From the NCBI GenBank assembly GCA_045644145.1, contig JAZRGK010000063.1, positions 32,487-96,486 on the forward strand: a stretch of DNA of 64,000 nt. Reading direction: 5' to 3'. Positions 7,745 to 18,384 of this stretch are shown here, one piece after another. Position 1 is the stretch's first letter. Every line of letters starts with the position of its first letter. The DNA comes from Candidatus Flemingiibacterium sp. (GTDB lineage: Bacteria > Bacillota > Clostridia > Oscillospirales > CAG-272). The position numbers were made by a program, and so were the translations under genes. Below the pieces are notes generated by a model. The model did no database searches. It was given only the letters and a program-made list of their open reading frames with translations, and had not been told where the DNA came from.

Positions 7745-9984
7745 TGTACCACGGCTCCGTAGCACGGGTTAGGATTCTCGAGCTTCCACATTCTGCGGAC
7801 AGATGCTATGATTATCTAATACCTGCCGCACTTTCGGGAGCGGTACACCGAGGTTCTATTGTATCGGTTGGCTTCGGGAATACTTCCGGAGGTGGGGCGC
7901 GCAGGACTGCTATTGTGGAGGATATCTGCACATCTTCGGAATATGACAAGCTGAAACCCGTGCTGGCGGTTGCCGATGATCGATTCTCGCTTTCAGAGGA
8001 GCTACTCGGGTTATGCGATTTCCTACGGGGGCGAACATTCTGTTCTACCGGAGAAGCTGTGCAGACTATACTGCCCGGCGGTTCGCTTGGAAGCATATTT
8101 AAAAAGAAACGCGATCCGATTGAACGGTTTTACCGACTGTCGGGAGATATTCCGAAAAAGCTTGGTGCTGTGCAGTCGCGGGTGGTGGAGCTCCTCGGTG
8201 ACGGTGAGATGTCTGAAACGGAGCTTCGCGAAAAAGCCGGTGCTTCCTCTGCCGTATTAAAAAATATGGCGGTAAAAGGCATGCTATCGGTGCGTGAGTG
8301 CGAGAGCCTTCGTAACCCGTACGCCGGGCGCGGACGTGTCGCCGACGAAAATGTGCTAAACGCCCAACAGCAGAAAGCGGCAGATGAACTCTCCCAACTT
8401 GCTGTTTCAAAAAAAGCTTGCGCGGCACTTCTTTGGGGTGTTACGGGAAGCGGAAAGACCAGAGTAATAAAGTCTGTTATCGACCGCGTTATAGAAAACG
8501 GACGCTCGGTTATAGTTCTTGTGCCGGAAATATCGCTTACGGGACAGACGGTTGATCTGTTCTGCGGTTTTTTTGGAGAGCGTGTGGCTGTTATACACTC
8601 GTCGCTGTCCGAGGGAGAAAAATCCGATGCATGGAAACGTATCCGCGCCGGAGAGGTAGATGTGGTCATAGGGACACGCTCCGCTGTGTTTGCGCCGCTC
8701 GATAATCTTGGCATGATAGTCATAGACGAGGAGCAGGAGCATACCTACAAATCTGACATGACACCGAGATACCATACCCGTGATATTGCAAGATTCAGGG
8801 CGGCAAAAAACAATGCGCTTATGCTTCTTGCTTCCGCAACTCCATCCCTTGAATCTTTTTACCGCGCAAAAGAGGGGATATATACCCTTGTAACGCTCAG
8901 CGAGCGGTATGGAGCATCGGTGCTTCCCGAGGTTAAAATAGCCGATTTACGTGAGGATTCAGCGAACGGCAGAATAACTCCTATCGGAAGCGTGCTTCAA
9001 GCTGAGATTGAAGAAAATCTGAAGCGGGGCGAGCAGACCATACTTTTTGTCAGCAGACGTGGATATAATAACTTTGTGAGCTGTTTAAAATGCGGCGAGG
9101 TAATAACTTGCCCAAACTGTACCGTGTCGCTTACTTACCACCGTGTATATGACGGAGATCATCTTAAATGCCATTACTGCGGATATAACGACAGTGTTCC
9201 CGAAACCTGCCCGAAGTGCGGATCAGAGCATCTTACCAGAAAAGGCTTTGGTACACAGCTTGTGGCGGAGGAGCTTCAGGCTCTGTATCCGGATGCGCAT
9301 ATACTTCGCCTTGATGCGGATGCTACGGGTACGAAATTCTCACACGAGGCGATAATTTCCAAATTCAGAAACCATGAGGCGGATATTCTTATCGGCACTC
9401 AGATGGTTACAAAGGGGCATAATTTCCCGGGGGTTACACTTGTGGGTGTTATAAATGCCGACAGCGCGCTGTATCTTGCCGATTTCCGTGCTACCGAGCG
9501 CACATTTGCGCTTTTAACACAGGTTATCGGTAGGGCAGGGCGTGCAGATAAGCCCGGCCGCGCTGTTATACAGACGTATAATCCGGATCACGATACTATA
9601 AATCTTGCGGCAAAGCAGGATTACGAGGGCTTTTATTCGGGAGCTATAAAGCTTCGTAGGCAACTGCAGTTTCCGCCTTTTTGTGAGTTTGTGCTTATGG
9701 GTATAAGCGGCGAGGATGAAAAAAGCGTGCTTGAGCTTACACTTGCGCTTGATAAGCGGTTACGGGAATATTTGGCGGATAAATTTTCAGATGTGCCGAT
9801 GTATATTTTCGGTCCCTTTGAAGCGCCGGTTTACAAGGTAAACAACATATACAGAATGAGAATAATTCTTAAATGCCAGGTCACACGGAGAGTGCGTGAA
9901 TTGATATGCTGTCTGCTTTCGGATTTTCCGAAGGCATCCCAAAAGGCGGCTGTGTCGGTGGATATCAGCCCTGCTTCCATGTGA
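7744..9984 (+). CDS. priA: Primosomal protein N' (replication restart helicase)
   Basis: Walker [15 protein letters not shown] box, Cys-rich zinc region CPNC...CHYCGY...CPKCG. The start overlaps the rpoZ stop by 1 nt. Confidence 0.92.
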   Translation: MYHGSVARVRILELPHSADRCYDYLIPAALSGAVHRGSIVSVGFGNTSGGGARRTAIVEDICTSSEYDKLKPVLAVADDRFSLSEELLGLCDFLRGRTFCSTGEAVQTILPGGSLGSIFKKKRDPIERFYRLSGDIPKKLGAVQSRVVELLGDGEMSETELREKAGASSAVLKNMAVKGMLSVRECESLRNPYAGRGRVADENVLNAQQQKAADELSQLAVSKKACAALLWGVTGSGKTRVIKSVIDRVIENGRSVIVLVPEISLTGQTVDLFCGFFGERVAVIHSSLSEGEKSDAWKRIRAGEVDVVIGTRSAVFAPLDNLGMIVIDEEQEHTYKSDMTPRYHTRDIARFRAAKNNALMLLASATPSLESFYRAKEGIYTLVTLSERYGASVLPEVKIADLREDSANGRITPIGSVLQAEIEENLKRGEQTILFVSRRGYNNFVSCLKCGEVITCPNCTVSLTYHRVYDGDHLKCHYCGYNDSVPETCPKCGSEHLTRKGFGTQLVAEELQALYPDAHILRLDADATGTKFSHEAIISKFRNHEADILIGTQMVTKGHNFPGVTLVGVINADSALYLADFRATERTFALLTQVIGRAGRADKPGRAVIQTYNPDHDTINLAAKQDYEGFYSGAIKLRRQLQFPPFCEFVLMGISGEDEKSVLELTLALDKRLREYLADKFSDVPMYIFGPFEAPVYKVNNIYRMRIILKCQVTRRVRELICCLLSDFPKASQKAAVSVDISPASM

Positions 9985-10003
9985 CGTATTACGGAGGTGC
10001 CAA

Positions 10004-10474
10004 ATGGCAAAGCTTAATATAGTAAAAGAGGGAGATCCAATACTCCGAAAAAAAAGCCGTCCCGTTGAGGTGATCGACGAGCGCATAAAAACGCTTGCGG
10101 CGGATATGGTGGAAACCATGCGTGCCGCTAACGGATGCGGTCTTGCAGCAGTGCAGGTTGGAAAGCTCCGACGTATGGTGGTTGTTGAGGTTGAGGAAAA
10201 TAAGCCTTACATTATGATAAACCCAGAAATTATCAAGCGTGAAGGAAATCAGCAGGATGCTGAGGGATGCCTTTCTGTCCCCGGCAAGTGGGCGATAACC
10301 GACCGTCCCATGACTGTTACCGTGCGTTATACGGGTCTTGACGGTAAAGAGCACACCATTACCGGCTCGGGGCTTATGGGAAGAGCTTTTTGTCATGAGC
10401 TTGATCATCTTGAGGGTAAGCTGTTTATTGACAACGTTGTGAGAATGCTTGATCCCGACGAGGTGGAAGCGTAG
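10004..10474 (+). CDS. def: Peptide deformylase
   Basis: The three signature motifs GCGLAAVQVG, EGCLSVPG and HELDHLEG. GGAGG RBS. Confidence 0.95.
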   Translation: MAKLNIVKEGDPILRKKSRPVEVIDERIKTLAADMVETMRAANGCGLAAVQVGKLRRMVVVEVEENKPYIMINPEIIKREGNQQDAEGCLSVPGKWAITDRPMTVTVRYTGLDGKEHTITGSGLMGRAFCHELDHLEGKLFIDNVVRMLDPDEVEA

Positions 10475-10521
10475 GAAACCGCGCAAAGCTTTTCGCGCGA
10501 CATTGAAAGAGAGATATAACA

Positions 10522-11478
10522 GTGAAATCAAAAATTCTTTTTATGGGTACTCCCGATTTTGCAATGATACAGCTTGAAGCACTTGTTTCGGCAGGTGCCA
10601 ATGTTATCGGTGCGGTAACCCAGCCGGATAAGCCTAAGGGGCGCAAAATGGTGCTTACTCCGCCGCCTGTAAAGGTGTATGCCGAGGAGCACGAAATTCC
10701 CGTATATCAGCCGAAGACCCTTCGCGGAGAGGAATTCGCGGCACTTCTTTCGGAAATTGATCCCGAGCTTATAGTTGTGGCGGCTTACGGAAAGATACTG
10801 CCCGAAAACGTTATTGACTACCCCAAGGTCGGCTGTATATGCGTTCACGGCTCACTGCTTCCGAAATACCGAGGTGCGGCTCCTATTCAGCGTGCTATCA
10901 TTGAGGGCGAGAAGGAAAGCGGTATCACCATAATGCATATTGATCCCGGTATTGACACTGGTGACATGATATCAAAGGTGAACGTACCCATCGAAATGAA
11001 TGACAATTTCGAAACCGTGCACAATAAGCTTGCCGAGGCAGGAGCGAAGCTCCTTCTTGAAACTGTGGAAATGCTCGAAAACGGAACGGCGCCCAGAGAA
11101 AAGCAGGATGATGCGTTTTCTACCTACGCGGCAAAAATTGAAAATGCCGACTGCGTTTTGGACTTTGATGCGGATGCGGTATCGGTGCATAACCGCATAC
11201 GCGGACTTTCTCCGTTCCCTCTCGCTGTAGTATCCCATAATGACCGTTCGCTGAAAATCGTCAGCGCGGAGCTTCTGGATACCGAAAAGGCACACGATAA
11301 ACCCGGAGAGGTATTAAGCTGTGATGCAAAGGCTAACCGTATAGAGGTTGCCTGCGCTAACGGCTCAATTGCTATAACGGCGCTGCTTCCCGAGGGGAAG
11401 GGGCGCATGGCGGCATCTGACTTCATCAACGGTAGAAAGATCTCCGTGGGTGACGTGCTCGGCAAATATACAAAATAA
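10522..11478 (+). CDS. fmt: Methionyl-tRNA formyltransferase
   Basis: ILFMGTPDFA, HGSLLPKYRGAAPIQRAI. GTG start. Located after def. Confidence 0.92.
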   Translation: MKSKILFMGTPDFAMIQLEALVSAGANVIGAVTQPDKPKGRKMVLTPPPVKVYAEEHEIPVYQPKTLRGEEFAALLSEIDPELIVVAAYGKILPENVIDYPKVGCICVHGSLLPKYRGAAPIQRAIIEGEKESGITIMHIDPGIDTGDMISKVNVPIEMNDNFETVHNKLAEAGAKLLLETVEMLENGTAPREKQDDAFSTYAAKIENADCVLDFDADAVSVHNRIRGLSPFPLAVVSHNDRSLKIVSAELLDTEKAHDKPGEVLSCDAKANRIEVACANGSIAITALLPEGKGRMAASDFINGRKISVGDVLGKYTK

Positions 11479-11498
11479 GTATAAAAAGAGGTCAGGAT

Positions 11499-12194
11499 AT
11501 GTATTTTTTAGGTCTTGATGCCACATATCTTTTCTTGGTACTGCCTGCTGTAATATTGGCGTTTTGGGCGCAGGCAAATGTAAAAAGCACTTTTTCAAAA
11601 TATACAAAAATGGCATCAAAACGGGGAATGACCGGTTTTGATGCGGCACGCTGTATACTTGATTCAAACGGACTAAAAAATGTCCGCGTAGCTCAGGTAC
11701 AGGGAGAGCTTACAGACCATTTTAATCCTAAAGATAATACGGTTTATCTTTCTGACAGCGTACACTCTGTCGCAAGCGTTGCGGCGGTTGGCGTTGCAGC
11801 ACATGAGGCGGGACACGCCGTGCAGTACGCCGTTGGATATTCTCCCATGAAGTGGCGCGCGGCTATTATTCCGATCACCAATATTGGCTCAAATCTTGCT
11901 CTGCCGCTGGTGCTTATCGGAATAGTTCTAGGGTATGAACCGCTTGCTTATCTCGGCGTTGCAGCGTTCGGACTTTCCACGCTGTTTCAGCTTATAACGC
12001 TTCCCGTGGAGTTCAATGCAAGCTCACGGGCAATGGCGGCGCTTGAGGGGGCAGGGCTTGACAGAGAGGAGCTTTCCGCTTCCCGTAAAGTTCTTACCGC
12101 GGCGGCATTAACTTACGTTGCGGCACTTGCGGTATCCCTTGCAAACCTTATAAGAATACTGCTTATTGCAAAGCGTTCGAGCAGGCGAAGATAG
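11499..12194 (+). CDS. Membrane zinc metallopeptidase (YugP-like, Zn_peptidase_2 type)
   Basis: HEAGHAVQ zinc motif flanked by hydrophobic helices. AAGAGG RBS. Confidence 0.8.
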   Translation: MYFLGLDATYLFLVLPAVILAFWAQANVKSTFSKYTKMASKRGMTGFDAARCILDSNGLKNVRVAQVQGELTDHFNPKDNTVYLSDSVHSVASVAAVGVAAHEAGHAVQYAVGYSPMKWRAAIIPITNIGSNLALPLVLIGIVLGYEPLAYLGVAAFGLSTLFQLITLPVEFNASSRAMAALEGAGLDREELSASRKVLTAAALTYVAALAVSLANLIRILLIAKRSSRRR

Positions 12195-12195
12195 T

Positions 12196-13527
12196 ATGAA
12201 TAAAACGAAATTTACCGCTCGCTCTGCGGCGTACCGCTCGCTTATTCTCTGTGAGCGTGATAAAAAATATTCCAATCTTGAAATAGATTCATCCATCCGC
12301 CGATTCGGGCTTGAAGGGGCTGAAAAAGGGCTATATACTACTCTCGTTTACGGTGTAACGGAGCGTTTGATCACCCTCGACTATATTATTGCAAAGCTAT
12401 CATCGAAACCTGTTTCTTCCCTTGACGGGCAAGTTATAACTCTATTACGGTTAGGTCTTTATCAGATCATTTACCTTGACCGCATCCCCGACAGTGCGGC
12501 GGTCAACGAAACCGTGGAGCTTGCAAAAAAAGAGGTTCCGAGAGCTGCATCATTTGTAAATGCTGTGCTGAGAGGCTTCCTTCGCACCATGGATGCAAAG
12601 AATCTGCCATATCCGGATAAGAGCGATGTTTTGGAGTACCTTTCTGCTCGCTATTCTTTGGGTAAGGAAGTGGTTCGCATGCTTACCGACAGTTGTGCGA
12701 ATACCGAGGCAATTCTTGAGGCTTTTCAAACACAGCCGTCGGTCACACTGCGCGTGAATACGCTGAAAACTACGGTGAACGAGCTTATTTCATTGCTTGC
12801 TGACAAAAACATCGAAGCAGTGCCAACAACTTATTCAAGCGTGGGGGTAAAACTTGTAAAAAAGTCAGTCCCTGCGGAAATATCGGAACTTATTTCGAAA
12901 GGATACGTCTATATACAGGACGAGGCATCTCAGATCGCCTCTCTTGCCGCTGATCCTGCACCGGGGAGCACGGTGCTTGATATTTGCGCCTGCCCCGGGG
13001 GAAAAAGCTTCGGTGCGGCGATACTTATGGAAAATAAAGGCGAGGTAAGAAGCTTTGATCTTCACAAAAACAAGCTTTCCCTTGTTTCTTCAGGCGCGGC
13101 GCGCCTTGGAATCAGCATTATATCAGTTGCCGAGAAAAACGGTGCGGTGAGGGATGAGGCGTTGATCGAAGCCGCAGACACGGTTATATGCGATGTGCCG
13201 TGCTCAGGGCTCGGTGTTATTGCAAAGAAACCGGAGATCAGATATAAATCGAGGAGCGAGATGGAAAGGCTTCCGGAGATACAGTATTCCATATTGAAAA
13301 ACGCTTCAGACTATGTAAAGCACGGCGGAGTTCTGTGCTATTCCACATGTACGCTAAATAAAAAGGAAAATGAAGAAGTTGTCAGAAGATTCCTCGCACA
13401 GACCGATGAGTACACGGCTGAAGATTTTTCTGTAGGTACACTTGCTTCGGAAAACGGCATGCTTACGCTTCTTCCGAATATACACGGTACAGACGGATTT
13501 TTCATCGCAAAATTAAGACGGAAATGA
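12196..13527 (+). CDS. rsmB: 16S rRNA (cytosine967-C5)-methyltransferase
   Basis: NusB-like N-terminus, SAM motif DICACPGGKS, catalytic regions DVPCSGLGV and YSTCT. I preferred the ATG at 12196, just after the upstream stop, over the ORF-track start at 12166. Confidence 0.88.
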   Translation: MNKTKFTARSAAYRSLILCERDKKYSNLEIDSSIRRFGLEGAEKGLYTTLVYGVTERLITLDYIIAKLSSKPVSSLDGQVITLLRLGLYQIIYLDRIPDSAAVNETVELAKKEVPRAASFVNAVLRGFLRTMDAKNLPYPDKSDVLEYLSARYSLGKEVVRMLTDSCANTEAILEAFQTQPSVTLRVNTLKTTVNELISLLADKNIEAVPTTYSSVGVKLVKKSVPAEISELISKGYVYIQDEASQIASLAADPAPGSTVLDICACPGGKSFGAAILMENKGEVRSFDLHKNKLSLVSSGAARLGISIISVAEKNGAVRDEALIEAADTVICDVPCSGLGVIAKKPEIRYKSRSEMERLPEIQYSILKNASDYVKHGGVLCYSTCTLNKKENEEVVRRFLAQTDEYTAEDFSVGTLASENGMLTLLPNIHGTDGFFIAKLRRK

Positions 13528-13547
13528 CTCAAATAAAAGGATAGAAT

Positions 13548-14636
13548 ATGCTTACACTTAACGGCAAAGCCGACCTGCTTTCAATGAATATTCCCGAGCT
13601 TGAGGAATTCCTCATGGCGCTTGGAGAGCCGAAATACAGAGCGAAGCAAATATTTTCTTGGATGCACCGCGGTGTTTCACTTGATGGAATGACGGATATT
13701 TCCAAAAAGCTTCGCGAGAAGCTTTCGGAAACCGCAGTGGTAGACCTTCCTACCATCGAACGCAAGCTTGTTTCAAAGCTCGACGGTACAGTAAAATATC
13801 TGTTCGGGCTTTATGACGGCAATGTTATAGAGAGCGTAATAATGCGATACAAGCACGGAAATTCTATCTGTATTTCCTGCGAGGTGGGGTGTCCCATGGG
13901 ATGCAAATTTTGTGCATCCACTATAGGCGGTCTTGTAAGAAAACTCCGTCCTGCGGAGCTTATCGGTCAGGTTATTGTTGCTGAACGTGACCTCGGCGAG
14001 AGAATATCCAACATCGTAATGATGGGCATCGGAGAACCGTTTGATAATTTTGATAATACACTTAAATTCCTTGAACTTGCAGGCGATCCGTCGGGACTTA
14101 ACATAGGCGGAAGGCATATATCTCTTTCCACCTGTGGGCTTGTCGATAAAATAGATGAGCTTGCAAAGCATGATCTGCAGATAACTTTGTCCATATCCCT
14201 TCATGCGGCGGATGATGAAACCAGATCGTCCATTATGCCGGTAAACAACAAGTGGAAGATAGCGGAGCTGCTTGATGCATGCAGGCGGTATTTTGCCGCA
14301 ACCGGGCGCCGGATATCCTTTGAATATACGCTTATAGCCGGCAAAAATGATTCCCCCGAATACGCAAGACGACTTGCATCTACATTAAAGCACGGGCTTT
14401 ATCGGGGTTCTAATTCTTTTCCTATACATGTGAATCTTATTCCGGTCAATGAGGTTGAGGAAACCGGATTTTCACGTTCAAGCAGTGATGCGGTGAAGCG
14501 TTTCTGTGATACGCTCAATTCCCTCGGTGTCAACGCTACGGTAAGACGGAAGCTTGGCGGCGATATAAACGCGTCCTGCGGTCAGTTAAGACGTGCAAAA
14601 TTAAAGGAAGATGCAGAGAAAATCAGTGAAAACTGA
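13548..14636 (+). CDS. rlmN: 23S rRNA/tRNA (adenine-C2)-methyltransferase, radical SAM
   Basis: CEVGCPMGCKFCAST radical-SAM cluster motif and conserved C-terminal Cys (NASCGQL). Confidence 0.92.
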   Translation: MLTLNGKADLLSMNIPELEEFLMALGEPKYRAKQIFSWMHRGVSLDGMTDISKKLREKLSETAVVDLPTIERKLVSKLDGTVKYLFGLYDGNVIESVIMRYKHGNSICISCEVGCPMGCKFCASTIGGLVRKLRPAELIGQVIVAERDLGERISNIVMMGIGEPFDNFDNTLKFLELAGDPSGLNIGGRHISLSTCGLVDKIDELAKHDLQITLSISLHAADDETRSSIMPVNNKWKIAELLDACRRYFAATGRRISFEYTLIAGKNDSPEYARRLASTLKHGLYRGSNSFPIHVNLIPVNEVEETGFSRSSSDAVKRFCDTLNSLGVNATVRRKLGGDINASCGQLRRAKLKEDAEKISEN

Positions 14637-14752
14637 GCTTTGTTCAATAAATTTTGATATTTAATTCTTTTTTGTGCCATATATATGTAATATAATTTAT
14701 GTGACACACACGCAAGCATGGGGCGTGTGTCCCCAAAATGAGAGGAATGATT

Positions 14753-15565
14753 GTGCTAATGAACTTTTTCGGAAAAAGCGATATCGGCAAGATGCGCACG
14801 GCGAATCAGGACAGCTATCTGATACGTCCGCTGTGCAAAAATGCCACGCTTTGCGTTGTTTGTGACGGTATGGGCGGCGCCAAAAGCGGCAATGTTGCAA
14901 GCGAGAGCGCTATAGAAACATTTGGCGAGCGTATTGTAAAATACACTCAGTCGAAAATAAATAAGGATGGTATACTTGCGCTTACAAGTGATGAGGCATG
15001 CGTTATTTTGGATGATGCTGTACACGATGCAAACCAGACTGTGTTTAAAAAAGCGCAAAGTTCTTCCGACTATACCGGCATGGGAACAACGCTTGTTGCG
15101 GCCCTTTTCTGCGATGACACGGTATATGTTGTCAATGTAGGTGACAGCCGCTTGTATCTTGTTTCCGACAACACAATCACTCAGATAACACACGACCATT
15201 CCTACGTTCAGCACCTTATTGACAGCGGTTCTATTTCTACCGATGAAGCAAGAAATCATCCGTACCGCAACCGTATAACCAGAGCTGTGGGCATCAATCA
15301 TGAGCTTGAAGTGGACATATTCTCGGTTGAACTTTCAAACCTTGACGTTTGCTACTTATTACTCTGCTCGGACGGACTTTCCGGTCAGCTCCTTTCCGAG
15401 GATATATATGCTATTATTTCATCAGACGTTGATATCGACGTTGTTACGGATATTGAATCTGAGCTTAGCGACAAAACCGAAAGACTTATAGAAGCCGCAA
15501 ATAATGCAGGCGGTCCGGACAACATTACAGCGGTACTTGTCAAATATGTAAAGGAGCTTGGATGA
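14753..15565 (+). CDS. stp: PP2C-family Ser/Thr protein phosphatase
   Basis: GKSDIGKMRTANQD, CDGMGGAKSG, GGPDNITAVLV. I chose the GTG at 14753, 5 nt after GAGGAA. The ATG at 14759 and the ORF-track ATG at 14738 are alternatives. Confidence 0.88.
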   Translation: MLMNFFGKSDIGKMRTANQDSYLIRPLCKNATLCVVCDGMGGAKSGNVASESAIETFGERIVKYTQSKINKDGILALTSDEACVILDDAVHDANQTVFKKAQSSSDYTGMGTTLVAALFCDDTVYVVNVGDSRLYLVSDNTITQITHDHSYVQHLIDSGSISTDEARNHPYRNRITRAVGINHELEVDIFSVELSNLDVCYLLLCSDGLSGQLLSEDIYAIISSDVDIDVVTDIESELSDKTERLIEAANNAGGPDNITAVLVKYVKELG

Positions 15566-17328
15566 TGGATTCGTTTGAAAAGTATGTAGGTCAGGTGTTT
15601 GACAAACGCTACAGAATAATTAAAGTTATCGGAATAGGCGGCATGGCGGTGGTTTTTGAAGCTACTGATTTGCTTATGCGCCGCAGTGTAGCTGTCAAAA
15701 TGCTTAAAGACGATATAAATAATGATGTGCAGGCGGTCAAGCGTTTCATCAATGAGAGCAAGGCTGTCGCCATGCTTTCCCATCCCAACATCGTAAATAT
15801 TTACGATGTTTCTGTAAAGGACAACCTTAAATATATCGTTATGGAGCTTGTTGAGGGTATTACGCTTAAGAATTATATCCTCAAAAAAGGTGTACTCAGC
15901 TTCCACGAGATAATGGCTATTACCGAGCAGATACTTCTTGCACTCGATCATGCGCATAAGAAGGGAATCGTCCACCGCGATATCAAGCCGCAGAATATTA
16001 TGATGCTAAAAAACGGTGTTATAAAGGTAGCGGATTTCGGTATTGCCAAGCTGCCAAATGCCGAAACGGTTACTATGACCGATAAGGCGATCGGCACGGT
16101 ATTCTATATAAGCCCTGAGCAGGCAAGCGGTAAGCCCATCGACAGACGAAGCGATATTTATTCCCTTGGTGTTACAATGTATGAGATGGCTACGGGTAAG
16201 CTCCCGTTTGTTGCTGACAGCCCGGTTACAGTTGCCATAATGCAGGTGAAAAACAAACCGCGTCCGCCGCGCGAGATCAACCCACAGCTTCCTATAGGTC
16301 TTGAGCAGATAATACTTGGAGCAATGGAGAAAAGCTCTGACAATCGCTTCCAGAGTGCGGCGCAGATGCTTCGTCATGTGGCGCAGGTCAAGAACAATCC
16401 CAAAACTGTATTCAAAATGCCTAAAACGGACACCTCAGTGGATGACATTGGGGGATTGCAGCAGAAAACACCTTCTAATGTTAAAAGATTGACTCCGCCA
16501 TCCCGTGCAAGCAGATCTATGTTTCCTGTTATTGCCGGAGTGGCAAGCGCATTTATGATCGTCTGCTGTGTAAGTGCTGTTGTTGTGCTTAACCAGATTT
16601 TTACTATGACTACCACGGATACTTCAAAGCAAATAACTGTGCAGGATTTCCGGGGGCATATATACAGTGAGGAATTTGAGCAATCGCTTGAGGCTACTCA
16701 CTATAATGTTGAGGTCGAATACAGCTACGATGCCAAATATGACCGTAATGTGATAATTGCACAGGATCCGGAGCCTAATGCAAAGCGCAAGGTGAACCCC
16801 GAAAAAAATCAGATGTGTGATATTAAGCTGATCGTATGTTGGGGCGCTGAAACCTGTGAGCTTCCCGATCTTGCATATGATGATGCAAGAGATGCAATGA
16901 TTGAGCTTCGTACAAATTACGGACTTATTCCCGTTGAAGTAAAAGAAGAGCATGAATATATCAGCGAAGGCTATGTCATAAGAACCGATCCCGAGCCGGG
17001 AACTACGCTTAAGGTTGGCGACAGTGTAACGCTGTACGTCAGCAGCGGACAGAAGGTAGAGTATGTTGAGATGCCTGATTTCTATAAGTGCGATGAAACG
17101 GCTGTTATGAAATTGCTTGAACTCAACAAGCTTGAATTAGGTAACGTTACACGCGAATATAACGACGAGGTGCCGAAGGGTTGTGTTATAAGCCAGAGCC
17201 GTGCTCACAGAGCAACTACTCCTACCGGAACCAAGATAGATTTCGTAATGAGCCTTGGTCCGATGCTTGCCGAAACTACTGCTGATACAGAAGACAGCGA
17301 AACTACAGAGGATTGGTTCGAAAACTGA
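15562..17328 (+). CDS. prkC: Ser/Thr protein kinase with one TM helix and three PASTA repeats
   Basis: HRDIKPQNIM, VADFGIAK, TM segment FPVIAGVASAFMIVCCVSAVVVL, and three PASTA-like repeats. The start overlaps the stp stop (ATGATG). Confidence 0.92.
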   Translation: MMDSFEKYVGQVFDKRYRIIKVIGIGGMAVVFEATDLLMRRSVAVKMLKDDINNDVQAVKRFINESKAVAMLSHPNIVNIYDVSVKDNLKYIVMELVEGITLKNYILKKGVLSFHEIMAITEQILLALDHAHKKGIVHRDIKPQNIMMLKNGVIKVADFGIAKLPNAETVTMTDKAIGTVFYISPEQASGKPIDRRSDIYSLGVTMYEMATGKLPFVADSPVTVAIMQVKNKPRPPREINPQLPIGLEQIILGAMEKSSDNRFQSAAQMLRHVAQVKNNPKTVFKMPKTDTSVDDIGGLQQKTPSNVKRLTPPSRASRSMFPVIAGVASAFMIVCCVSAVVVLNQIFTMTTTDTSKQITVQDFRGHIYSEEFEQSLEATHYNVEVEYSYDAKYDRNVIIAQDPEPNAKRKVNPEKNQMCDIKLIVCWGAETCELPDLAYDDARDAMIELRTNYGLIPVEVKEEHEYISEGYVIRTDPEPGTTLKVGDSVTLYVSSGQKVEYVEMPDFYKCDETAVMKLLELNKLELGNVTREYNDEVPKGCVISQSRAHRATTPTGTKIDFVMSLGPMLAETTADTEDSETTEDWFEN

Positions 17329-17361
17329 TTTACAGCCATCCTGATAACGGAGAAAGACTTA

Positions 17362-18384
17362 ATGGAGCTTAAATTAGGCGCAAAAATAATAAAAGGTGTT
17401 GGCGGACTCTTCGTGGCGCGCATATCAAGAGCCGATGCCGACATGCTTCGCGGTATGGGGGTAAAGGTTGATGGCGATACCCTTCTGTGCAAGGCGCGCG
17501 GAGTGTTTCGCCATGAAAAATTAACGCTTCTTGTAGGCGACGAAGTTATACTGCGGATTGATACGGAGCTTGCTTTGGCATCTGACAGCGAATCCCAATC
17601 GGTAAACAAGCGAACCGATGAGGCTATGGCGGGCGTTATGATTGAGGAAACGCTTCCAAGGAGAAACGAGCTTATACGTCCGCCGATGTCAAACCTCGAT
17701 ATAATATTTGCGGTATTCGCGGCGGCAAAGCCTGCACCGGCGCTTTCTACAGTGGACAAGCTTATAACCATTGCTGAATACAAGGAGATAGAGCCGGTCG
17801 TAGTCATTACAAAAGCGGATCTTGCACCGGATGACGCGGAGCGTTATGCTGAAATTTACCGTAAGTGCGGATTCAAGGTTTTCGTGGAAGGGTTGGGCAT
17901 CGACGGTGCAGAGCTTGAGGCATTTATAAGGGATAATTCCAATCTGGTCTCTGTGTTTGCAGGCGCATCGGGTGTTGGAAAATCAACTCTTATGAACCGG
18001 CTGTTCCCAAATCTTGGACTCGCTACAGGTGAAGTAAGCCGTAAAACACAGCACGGAAGACATACTACCCGTCACACGGAGCTGTATCCTCTCGACAGAC
18101 AATTCGGTGAGGGTGCGTGTGGGTACATTGCAGACACTCCCGGATTTGGTATGCTTGATTTTGTGCAGTTCGACTTTTATACGAAAGCAGACCTACCCTA
18201 TGTATTCAGGGAATTTGAGCCGTATATCGGCTCTTGCCGCTACACTAAATGCACTCATACCAAGGAAGATGGCTGTGCTTTGCTTGAGGCTATCAAAAGC
18301 GGGGAAGTTCCCGCTGAACGGCACAAGAGCTATCTTGAATTTTATGAGGTGCTTAAAAATAAGCACGAATGGGACAAAAAATGA
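17362..18384 (+). CDS. rsgA: Ribosome small-subunit-dependent GTPase A
   Basis: Circularly permuted GTPase: ITKADL, then FAGASGVGKSTLMN. Zinc motif CRYTKCTHTKEDGC. Confidence 0.9.
   Translation: MELKLGAKIIKGVGGLFVARISRADADMLRGMGVKVDGDTLLCKARGVFRHEKLTLLVGDEVILRIDTELALASDSESQSVNKRTDEAMAGVMIEETLPRRNELIRPPMSNLDIIFAVFAAAKPAPALSTVDKLITIAEYKEIEPVVVITKADLAPDDAERYAEIYRKCGFKVFVEGLGIDGAELEAFIRDNSNLVSVFAGASGVGKSTLMNRLFPNLGLATGEVSRKTQHGRHTTRHTELYPLDRQFGEGACGYIADTPGFGMLDFVQFDFYTKADLPYVFREFEPYIGSCRYTKCTHTKEDGCALLEAIKSGEVPAERHKSYLEFYEVLKNKHEWDKK

Noticed and set aside
8130-8723. Long antisense ORFs inside well-supported genes (e.g. 8130..8723, 9989..10531, 17205..17807, 25577..26365, 43110..43844, 58471..59139, 59441..60160, 61208..61942, 62559..63122)
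   Set aside because: Each lies opposite a gene with strong family motifs. Their translations are Ser/Arg/Cys/Pro-rich with no motifs or RBS, and several cross gene boundaries of the real genes. This is typical of open antisense frames.
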